Below are positions 54,071-64,000 of a stretch of 64,000 bases of DNA, one piece after another. This stretch comes from Nemertoderma westbladi (Eukaryota; Animalia; Xenacoelomorpha): positions 124,001-188,000 of the forward strand of contig JAUCBJ010007179.1 in the NCBI GenBank assembly GCA_032718475.1, given 5' to 3'. Positions within the stretch are counted from its first letter, which is position 1. Each line of letters begins with the position of its first letter. Position numbers and translations under genes: made by a program. The notes below the pieces were generated by a model that was not told where the DNA came from, made no database searches, and worked only from the letters and a program-made list of their open reading frames with translations.

Positions 54071-55475
54071 GGTATTACTACACCTTGGGTCACACCTGAC
54101 AAATTTAATTATAAGCATGTTTTATAGTGTTTTAAGCGTACTGTAACAATAGTAATTGAATTCTAGAATGTTTTATATTTATTATAACCACTTGCACAAA
54201 GCGCATAACTGTCGAATAACAGTACTTTGTCGCTATGAGTGATGTTTCACGTCATTCACATTTAAGATTGTCGAATGATTTAAATATAAAGGAAATTGGT
54301 GCAAAATTATGCTCTGAAGAGAATGCAATTAACTATGCACAGTCATCCGGATTGTTACCTTCTGCAAACGCTGAATCAACATTTAAGTCAGAAGGATGTA
54401 CTTATAGTGCATACATTTGGAGGAGAATGAGATATGGATTTCCTAGGTTGACCTGGCGCTGTAGGGGACCTCACAAACATCAAAGATCAGCTCGTGAAGG
54501 TACGTGGTTCAGTTCGAGTTCTAATTTGCTTGTGGAGCAAATTTTCTGGATCATGTTCATTTTTATAATCAACATGTCCGCTAGAATCACACTACGATTG
54601 CTTGATGGACTGGTAGGAAAGTCTATGACTAAGATAGTGGATTGGCAAAATTACATTAGAGAGCTGTTCGCAAAAGACAACGATAACGCTGAGCTAATGG
54701 GGGGAGTTGGGGAAACAGTACAAATCGACGAATCATTGTTTCGTGGAAGAAGAAAATATAAACGTGGGCGAAGACTTCTAGGAGATGTACCTTTCAAAAA
54801 GCGTAATCGAAAGATAAAACATAAGGTTGTAGGAACTAGATCTAACAATTATGGTACTATGGTTGTTGGACCCTGGATTTTTGGCATAGCTTGGAAGCGA
54901 CCGGATCGAGAAGTAGACGTTAGAATGTTCATAGTTAAAAGAAGGAACATGAGAACCTTGCGTCCGATTCTAGAGAACAATGTCAAAGGTGGTACAACGA
55001 TATTTAGCGACGAATGGGCTGCATACTGCGGCAAAACTGTTGGGATAACTAGCAAACGTTTTCCATGGAAAGCCTGTGACGGTAGCGGTAAATACTTCCA
55101 CAAACACGTAAACCACAGTAAGAAGGGGCGTGGTAGATTCGTAGACCAGATCACCGGAGCGAACACGCAACTTATAGAAGGATTATGGGGACATGCCAAA
55201 CTTATGATAATGAAGCAACGGAAAGGCACTAGATTGAATTTACTTCAAAGTCACCTAGATGAGTATCGGTGGAGGATGCTTCACAAACGTTCACCGTTTA
55301 ACGACCTTATTGAATTAGTAAAGCAAGAGTATCCAATTAACTAACTGTTAATATACATTCTAGAACAATTATCTATTTATTAATATACATTGTAGAACAA
55401 TATTAGTATTCTTAAATAACCTATTTATGTATTAAAAAAAAATTTCGTAGGTGTGACCCAAGGTGTAGTAATACC
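54071..55475 (+). mobile_element. Complete Merlin (IS1595/IS1016-related) DNA transposon
   Basis: Perfect 27-bp TIRs GGTATTACTACACCTTGGGTCACACCT (54071-54097 and 55449-55475). 8-bp TSD CTCATGTG. Confidence 0.93.
54235..55344 (+). CDS. Merlin DDE transposase (IS1595 family), 369 aa, uninterrupted
   Basis: VQIDESLF..RKYKRGR, WIFG, TIFSDEWAAY, HVNH...FVD..TGANTQLIEGLW and HLDEY.WR motifs. Confidence 0.93.
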   Translation: MSDVSRHSHLRLSNDLNIKEIGAKLCSEENAINYAQSSGLLPSANAESTFKSEGCTYSAYIWRRMRYGFPRLTWRCRGPHKHQRSAREGTWFSSSSNLLVEQIFWIMFIFIINMSARITLRLLDGLVGKSMTKIVDWQNYIRELFAKDNDNAELMGGVGETVQIDESLFRGRRKYKRGRRLLGDVPFKKRNRKIKHKVVGTRSNNYGTMVVGPWIFGIAWKRPDREVDVRMFIVKRRNMRTLRPILENNVKGGTTIFSDEWAAYCGKTVGITSKRFPWKACDGSGKYFHKHVNHSKKGRGRFVDQITGANTQLIEGLWGHAKLMIMKQRKGTRLNLLQSHLDEYRWRMLHKRSPFNDLIELVKQEYPIN

Positions 55476-56984
55476 CTCATGTGTTTTTTGTTTCGTCTGT
55501 GCACTTTATTAATAATATGTTTCCCTAAACTAGAACGCCATCAAGATGGCTTTAAACGAACCTGTCTTACACAGACTCCAAGAAACAGATGGGATTGGAA
55601 GATGCAAACCAAGAATGACTTGCATCAACCAAAAAACTGCCTCCCATCTAATGTAATACACATTCGCCTAGGCAAACAAATCATAATCACAATTACTACG
55701 ATGATGTGTGAAATGGTATCCATATCCGCAACCTGAGAAACGGCCCAAAAGAGCAGTTTATTCTGCGGAGGGGTCTTTTCTGTATTAGATAAATAAAATA
55801 AAGAACACTATAATTACAGTATTTATACCTGATACATTCTCAGTTAGCCTAATAAAAACATCGGAGCAACCAATATAATGTACATGTACAAGCATCCTAT
55901 GAAAGTTTGTGAAATGTTCCCTTAAGTCTACCCAACAGCCGTTGGTACCCGGCTGGCAGCCACCCTGGTTCAGTTTTATGGTTTTGTTAGTTTAATCGAC
56001 AGCTGTTGTAAACGTCCCAGATATACAAAACCTACTAAGCCTTTGCATTACAATTGAGCTTAGCCTAAGTTGATGACAGTATTATAACGATGACAATTAG
56101 GCCCTATAGATACATACGATATATAAATGATGTACTGCTTGACATTACACTAACTGGCTGAATAGAGATAGAACTATAATAATACGTTTGGCATTCTGTC
56201 AGATTTCAGTAGTAAGTAACCTCATAATAATTGCTAAATATCAATCACCTGAAAAACATTTCAAGCAAGGGAGTTGTGGGTATTTAATTTCGCGTTCAAT
56301 AATGTTGAAAATATGCAAATATTTCGAATATCGCACTTCGAATCGTTCCCAACTTTTTTATTCAACAACTAGACAACAATTGATAAATACTTGCGTTTAC
56401 AATTTTACAATGCATGCAAGTGGTTTCAAGCCATTTGGTGAACATACATAGTGAGTGATATATATAGGTAAATATATCCATCGTGTTTTTGCCGGCCTCA
56501 GCTTTAGACAAAAACTACCCAGTCTAAAGACAGGTTCGTTATAATATGCACCATCAATTTTGTTATCGCACGCAAATGTTATCGCACTCCCCTCATCTTT
56601 TAAATTTTGGGAAATTTCTATAATATTTAAATCAGTGGACTGTCTCGAATATAAATGTCTTTGAATGTTTGTACTCATAATGTCAAAAAACACAAATGAA
56701 TCTTTAAAATATGAAATGAATATAAACGTTCTAGAATTGTGTTGTAGTTGGAAACAATATTTAAATAAACTTAGTACACTTATAATATCGGTTAAAATAC
56801 ACAATAAAAAAAAATTAAAATGGTGACCCACTCCACAGTGGTGCCTGTTTATAACACCTTTTTAATGCTAAATATACAAAATTTATTTAATGCATGGCGA
56901 ACATGGAGACTATGCATTTTATATTATTCATTGTTTGATTATAATACAATAAATATGAGATTACGAAAAGTTTGCGCATTAATC

Positions 56985-57900
56985 TTTAGTGCAGTTGCAC
57001 AATTCTGTGCAATCATGTTGGTTTTTTCTGCAGGTGCACTTCTGCGATTTACATTGGATTTTGGATTAACAGTTACACCGAATTAATTGCAAAATGCAAT
57101 CCGGAGCTGGTGGTATGCCCTCAGGGATTGCAATCGGGAAAAGTTGATTGTTAGCTATTCTCCACCCATATTTTCTGGGGTCTACACTAGGTGGTCTAAT
57201 TTCCATTGAGTTCTTCCACACCTTTACTTGCAAATGGGTTCTTTTCACGTTCTCTGAGGAGTCAGTGGCTGGTGGTATTGTTTGCAGCTTTGCACAGCTG
57301 GAAATTGTTTTTTTCTGTGCACACCTTTTGTCGTGACTGGGTCATGTTGTCTGAGTCATATCCATAGCAGTCACGCCTGTCAGTTATAAAGTGAGTACAT
57401 TCCATTAAGACTGTAGATTGCGGTGCTTCCATATCTCCCAAACAAGTAAGAGTGAGTCCTTTCTCCAAAGCCTTGATGACTTTCGCTTTGCCAATCCCAA
57501 ACATACTCGCAACTGTTTCACACCCAGATAATGCATGGCCACCCAAAAGATTTCCTATGATACCACGATACATTTTTACTGTATCGCCTACGTCTATTAC
57601 TGTGGTACGGTTTTTTAATGGGGATTTTTTGAAAATTGAATTGGTTATACCTGTTCTTTCCCTCAGATAAAAATGTAATAATAGAAGAAATACAGAATAT
57701 TTATCTGCGAAAATGCGCATAGCGCGCATGTTCTGTGGAAACTTTTTCCCCGATAACATCTTCGAAACACCGCCAAAATACACACGATACACTTCAGAGA
57801 GGCCGGTTTCAACCATTAAACTTCCTATTGCATTGATCCAATGAAACTCATTAATGTATGCATCCCCCCCTAATGTAAGTCCACCGTATTGAACAGGAAA
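56985..57900 (-). pseudogene. Academ-like transposase / XPG-like / Cys-finger relic
   Basis: LGG...IGSLMVETGL...MLSGKKF..NMRA, HALSGCETVASMFGIGK and KRTHLQVKVW...YGW...PAPDCILQLIRCNC. Frameshifted and internally deleted. Confidence 0.7.
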
Positions 57901-58082
57901 ATACCAAATTACATGTGACATCTTTGAGGAACTCATGGTCAATACATTTAGCTCAATGTAGACCAATAGCAGACCCCGCCAAAATTTTAATGGAAAGGCA
58001 TTACCGCATTTGAAATAATAATAGTATAACTCTATAACCAGTATAACACTTGATATCTATGTCATTCTAGTTCTTTTGACAT

Positions 58083-59329
58083 TGTGATAGTACGTCTCAT
58101 AGGCTGCCTCATCCTGGGCATATTGGTTGAGTTGATTTGGGATATTGTGCAGAGCTCTATTGTGGACCCAGAGGGAAATGTGTCACTCTATTGTTAGGCT
58201 TACCGCTAACAGCCTGTATTCACTTAACAGCCTATTGTTAGGCTTACCGCTAACAGCCTGTATTCACTTAACAGGTAAAACAGCTGTGGTTTACATCTAT
58301 TTGGAGCTCTGTGCACGGGGTTTGATATAGGCAGTACCGTATCGAGAGTGTAGAGTCCGAGGTTGTGGGTTGGTGTAGGTTTTGTTTTTGTATTTATGTA
58401 GTATTTCCGTTATGTATTGTCGCTGATACTTTTAGCAAATGAAAATAAAGTCTGTAACTTTAAGAAATTGTATATTTACGACAAACCATATCGACCCTGA
58501 ATCCCGGGACCTGGGGTGAACTCTCACATGACAGTTACAATTGCAAGGGATTTATTATATAGGTGCATTTGCTGGTCGTAACCTGCAGTACTTATGTATT
58601 TGTTACACATTGTGTGTAGGTAGATGATATAACCTGTGTAGGTAGATGATATAACCGAGCCTAGATGTTATATGAGCGGCTTTACTTCCACTTTAGGATT
58701 TTACTCCTTTGAGCTACGCCTACTGTTTTCATTATATTACTGCAATATCGTTTATATGGTTTAGCTTGATATATATACTGTATGTAGCTATTTGTTAGAT
58801 ATATTTTTTTCCGGTAACGTACAAATATGTTTGAGGGGGGGATATGATAGCTCGAGGACGATACTTTTTAAGGAGGGGGGAGATGTGATAGTACGTCTCA
58901 TAGGCTGCCTCATCCTGGGGATATTGGTTGAGTTGATTTGGGATATTGTGCAGAGCTCTATTGTGGACCCAGAGGGAAATGTGTCACTCTATTGTTAGGC
59001 TTACCGCTAACAGCCTGTATTCACTTAACAGCCTATTGTTAGGCTTACCGCTAACAGCCTGTATTCACTTAACAGGTAAAACAGCTGTGGTTTACATCTA
59101 TTTGGAGCTCTGTGCACGGGGTTTGATATAGGCAGTACCGTATCGAGAGTGTAGAGTCCGAGGTTGTGGGTTGGTGTAGGTTTTGTTTTTGTATTTATGT
59201 AGTATTTCCGTTATGTATTGTCGCTGATACTTTTAGCAAATGAAAATAAAGTCTGTAACTTTAAGAAATTGTATATTTACGACAAACCATATCGACCCTG
59301 AATCCCGGGACCTGGGGTGAACTCTCACA
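58083..59329 (+). mobile_element. TRIM-like miniature LTR element (446-bp LTRs at 58083-58528 and 58884-59329; 355-bp non-coding interior)
   Basis: TG...CA direct repeats with one visible mismatch, PPT AAGGAGGGGGGAGA (58870-58883) and 4-bp TSD ACAT. Confidence 0.9.
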
Positions 59330-60976
59330 ACATTTCCTTTTTGGTCAATCTCAGTATAGAATGATCCGCTTCATCCACATGTGATAAGGTAGGTCCAATA
59401 TTCCTGTTTGGTTGGGTTATTAGCATAGCTAGTAAATGCGTGGATTTCTTACAATTCATGGAACTTAAATAGTTTATACTGTAGTTTACTTGGCATTACC
59501 TAGGTAAACTACTGTCAACCTGTAAGGGAGTCGGATGACTCTAGTCCCGACCCTTTAACTATGTAGTTACCGGCCCGTTAACCACATTTTTATCGATTGA
59601 CTTTTAAATAATGATCAATTTTTGAGATTTTAGTAGCTATTTTTTTTACCAGATACAATAGTTACTGTTTTTTAGCTATCATCAACTGTTATATTTCTAG
59701 AGAACTACGCAACCATACAGTACCATTTTAATTATTAAAAAAACATTTAAAAAAACATTAAAAAAACATACCGATGACATAAATGAACAATTCGACTAAT
59801 ATGGGTACCCATAACATAGTAGTACCTAATATGTCAACTAAGTTCTCTTAAGTCAATTTTCTAGTTCCAGCTAATGACATTTTCATGTCAATGAAAAAAA
59901 ATTCCATATCAGAAACTACGAGTATAGCAATTTTCTATAGAACAAGTCCCATTTAAATGCAGAGACCTGGAAACTCACTAGCTATTCCATGAAGAAAACA
60001 CTAAATGTGAGTAATCATAGGCTTAACTAATGATCAATAACTAATAATCATAACTAATGATCATCATTAGTTATGAATTCCAAACCCAATTCCCCATATC
60101 GAAATGGTCACCCAAGAAAAAGTACTGTAGTACCCAACTCAAAATTTGGAATATTATAAATATTATTATATCGTACGTTGGAACACAGGAACATACTATA
60201 CTGTACAGTAGAATCCACTCTAATTTACTTTGTTTGCTAAGGTACTTATGCACTTTATCTGTACTATCCCTTACGGTATCGATTTATGAATACGGGTACA
60301 ATAAAATAAGATGCACAATACAGTAGAAAGGAGCTAAACTGGAAATAACAAATATAGTTACCGTAGAAACATCACCTAAATGTTATAATCGCTGAAATTT
60401 GTTGTCTTTAATAATTATGTTAACACTCAAACATGTCAGGTTAGGACATAAATATCAGCCCAATTTAGATTCTTAACCTTGTCTAAAGTTACAGAAAGGC
60501 CACGCTAATAAAATAAACATCATTTATCTAACTTTGGTGCATATTTTGTAACTAATTGTATAATTAAAGGCGTTTGAAATCGCAACACTAAACTTGAATG
60601 CCGTCTCCATAGCAACTGGATTTAAAAATCAGACAAAAAAGATTGACATTATTTCGTAAATGAACTATATTGACTTTGTAGAAGATTTCAATCCATTATG
60701 ACATGTTGTTTGCAGTTGCTATGCTTTAAATGAGAATTACGTGGTCCTTAGCAACTAGGTCGTTATTTCAAAATGCCCAAAGTCAAAAATGTTATTTATA
60801 ATCGCCATTTCCTCATTAAGTGGGACCTATAGAACTCAAAACATCAAAAAAATTGAATCCGTCCAAAAATTTTCGGTATACCATTGTGGCTGCCGGACTA
60901 TCTAAAACGCATAAAATTTCAAACGGCATAAATAAAATTTGGTTTGATAAAACGATATTTATGAGTGTCATATTCG

Positions 60977-61330
60977 TGATCAGCATCCCAGAAAACCCAT
61001 AATGGCATAAAATCAGGTTGATTCGGTAATGATTTTTGATCAGCATCCCAGAAAACCCGTATTGGCATAAAATCAGGTTGATTCGGTAATGATTTTTGAT
61101 CAGCATCCCAGAAATCCCGTATTGGCATAAAATCAGGTTGATTTGGTAATGATTTTTGATCAGCATCCCAGAAAACCCGTATTGGCATAAAATCAGGTTG
61201 ATTCGGTAATGATTTTTGATCAGCATCCCAGAAATCCCGTATTGGCATAAAATCAGGTTGATTCGGTAATGATTTTTGATCAGCATCCCAGAAAACCCGT
61301 ATTGGCATAAAATCAGGTTGATTCGGTAAT
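60977..61330. repeat. 60-bp minisatellite, about 6 copies
   Basis: GATCAGCATCCCAGAAAACCCGTATTGGCATAAAATCAGGTTGATTCGGTAATGATTTTT repeated. 20-aa periodicity in the ORF track. Confidence 0.95.
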
Positions 61331-61404
61331 AATGATTTTTGATTATCTAATTTGTGCTACTTGTATTTTTCGTGCCGCACATTGACATTGATACGTATCC
61401 AAAA

Positions 61405-62130
61405 AAGCCGTAATCAACAAGGCAGAATATTTCTCAGTGTCATATTCGTGATCAACATCCCAAAAAACCCCATATGGTCATAAAATCAATTTGTTCATAT
61501 TTCCACTAAGATACTTGTTTTTTTCGTGCTCCAGGAGCACAAATAACTGACTAAATAACTAATATAACAACATGCCTATGTTGTTATATTATACACAACT
61601 TTTCGATATGTTTGATGTAGGTAGAGGAATAACATAGCCGTAATCAACAAGGTAGGATATTTCTCAGTGTCATATTCGTGATCAGCATCCCAAAAAAACC
61701 ACATGGTCATAAAATCAATGTGTTTTCGTGGTGATTTTTCATTATCATAATTCCACTAATTTTTCCAAGTTTTTTCGTGCTCCAGGGGCACAAATAACTG
61801 ACTAAATAACTAATATAACAACATGCCTATGTTGTTATATTATACACAACTTTTCGATATGTATGATGTAGGTAGAGGAATAACATAGCCGTAATCAACA
61901 AGGTAGGATATTTCTCAGTGTCATATTCGTGATCAGCATTCCAAAAAAACCACATGGTCATAAAATCAATGTGTTTTCGTGGTGATTTTTCATTATCATA
62001 ATTCCACTAATTTTTCCAAGTTTTTTCGTGCTCCAGGAGCACAAATAACTGACTAAATAACTAATATAACAACATGCCTATGTTGTTATATTATACACAA
62101 CTTTTCGATATGTTTGATGTAGAGGAATAA
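61405..62130. repeat. About 230-250-bp tandem units (3 copies) related to the 60-bp unit
   Basis: AGCCGTAATCAACAAGG...CATATTCGTGATCAGCATCCC...TATAACAACATGCCTATGTTGTTATA repeated three times. Confidence 0.88.
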
Positions 62131-64000
62131 ACCTTCCCAATGAAATCAGCACATTCTAAAACCTCATTAGCCAAACTGTATGGCCAATTTAACACTTTTG
62201 AAAAAAGTGCTGATTGCACTTTTGGTGCTCTTTTAGTATCTATTGATAAAAAAATGAAAATTTTGCTTCTAATCTTGCTTTCGATTACTAATAATGAATT
62301 CAACAGAACAATAAAACATAGTATGGCTTTATGGTTATAACCAAGTCTTTGAAGGGTGATGTATTTTATGTAATTTTATCAATTCCGAAAAGTGTTGATA
62401 TGGTATGGGTGCCAGGACTCCTCATACTGTATCTCGAAAACTACTGGAGCTATTAACTTTTTATTTGTCTCATCTAAAAGAGGACATAATTTTAGTTAGG
62501 GACAAGTACTTTCGACGTGCTAGACGTATTGTTTCAGGGGTTCTATCTAAGGTTTTCAATCTTCATTCTCTGGGTTGTCCTTCAAGGAGATAAGACACAT
62601 TAGTACCTCCCCTCTTCGTTATTGTAGTGGACTATTATGCTGGAGACATCGTATCGATATACTCAGTCAAAGTCGTGGGTGCCCAGCAGAACATACAAAC
62701 TGTGACTTAATGGAGGGAGCACAGAAACTGTTTCGGTATCTTAGCTTAGAAGAGGGTGCATCCACTATTGTTCTTTTTGTCAAGTGTGCTACTGTAGGAT
62801 CAAAATTTTGACAGTAAAGATCAACTCAGACCACCAGAAAATGGATCATGACTACCTGAGTCATGGTTAGGAGGTCTTGTGATAATCTACTTGATTTAGT
62901 TGCCATAGTAACTTTGTCAATAACTGTTGTCTGAAATGCCATTTAGATGTCATTTTTTATCTTAAAAGGGATTGCAGTCTGTCAGACCTGATGGTTTTTA
63001 TGCCCTAAATACTTGTTAAACTATAAACTATAAATGTTGTATCATGGTATGGATTTATCGTATAATATATGTGGATATGTCTTTGGAACCATATAAATAG
63101 CCCTCTACCGATTCAGATTTGTTATCATATCAAAATGAAAGGCCAACAGATACAAGACAAGGCCTTCCCAAAAAATTCAGTTCCAGGTGGTTGTTACCAA
63201 AAAGTGACAGGGACAACTTATTGGAATCAAATCGGTAGAACAACAAGAATATATATATTCTAAGGCGCCACTGCTCCCTTGCTCCATAGAAGATATATAC
63301 ATATCTACAAAAGATATTGAAAATCTTTTTTTTTATAAAAAAAAAAAATTTTTTTATCAGAAAAATCCAATTTCACTAAAATTTATTGCTAAACAGTGCA
63401 AGAAAGTGCTGCTTTCGCTCACTCTAGTATTTTTCTCTTAAAATTAGTGACAGGAAGTGCGAATTTTAGCTCAGATGGCAGATTGCAGGAGCTTTGAATA
63501 TTATTTATGGGGTTCGAGAACCAACGACCGGAAAATTTGACTTTTTGTAAATCCAATTATTTAAAAAATTGATCTCATATATTCACAGATGTTATTTTGC
63601 AAGTTAAGCTCCACTTACAAACCCCCGATTAAATAGTTATATTGTTATGTTTTTCGGTAATATATATTTGGGTTGTTCTCACAAAAAGTGGCCAAAATAA
63701 AATTGTCAAATTTTTTTTTGTCAAAACCATATAAATATATACATATTTCGAGAGCACTCGATGATGCGATTTCGAATACACTAGTGGGCCGTTTTTTTAG
63801 TAAAGTCGTAAGGTTTTATTCGCGAAAAACTAATGTCCACAATGTAACATTTTGTCCCTGGTGTAACGCTACTTGTTAGCCAATCAGCAGCCTTCATTTC
63901 ACAAAACGCCCACAATCTAACTCGTTGTCTCGAATGTAACGCTACTTGTTAGCCAATCAGTATCCAGGATTTGACATTTAAAATATATACCAGAAATTCA

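Larger units (their letters stand above)
53721..60900 (-). mobile_element. Degenerate Academ-like DNA transposon hosting nested insertions
   Basis: TAGTCCGGCAGCCAC...GTGGCTGCCGGACTA termini with about 200 bp of imperfect TIR similarity. 3-bp TSD TCT (53718-53720 and 60901-60903). Internal transposase/XPG/Cys-finger relics. Confidence 0.8.

Noticed and set aside
51469-64000. Further cbEGF exons of the host gene
   Set aside because: No additional AG-(D)xNEC...GT exon was found by eye. Short ORFs at 62091-63879 show no recognisable motifs.

Overview
Animal-type (AT-rich, intron-containing) genomic DNA, read by eye. No prokaryotic genes, CRISPR array or rRNA are present. Bases 77-35731 are a 27-bp tandem satellite (consensus ACTAAATAATAGATCGGAACATGTATT, roughly 1,000 monomers). 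It is split by a young 6,970-bp BEL/Pao-like LTR element (15355-22324; 538-bp LTRs; ATCGG TSD) that carries only a frameshifted gag-like frame and no pol. Three phase-1 calcium-binding EGF exons (36172-36306, 50918-51055, 51346-51468) show a + strand fibrillin/fibulin-like host gene, so the satellite and most elements appear to be intronic. The intronic space is a nest of transposons: piggyBac-type MITEs, a Penelope copy with inverted pseudo-LTRs and hammerhead-like motifs, LINE fragments, and a CRE non-LTR element. The CRE element is interrupted by a LINE and by a 2.3-kb non-coding Polinton/Maverick-like element (AGTAGT ends, 240-bp TIRs, 6-bp TSD) that carries a (GCTGTG)n tract and a tRNA-like Pol III unit. 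Further right are a 550-bp foldback and a degenerate Academ-like transposon containing an intact Merlin element and a TRIM-like mini-LTR element. The best novelty candidates are the mini-Polinton, the capsid-less gag-only satellite-inserted LTR element and the giant two-domain intronic satellite. None is proven novel without database searches.
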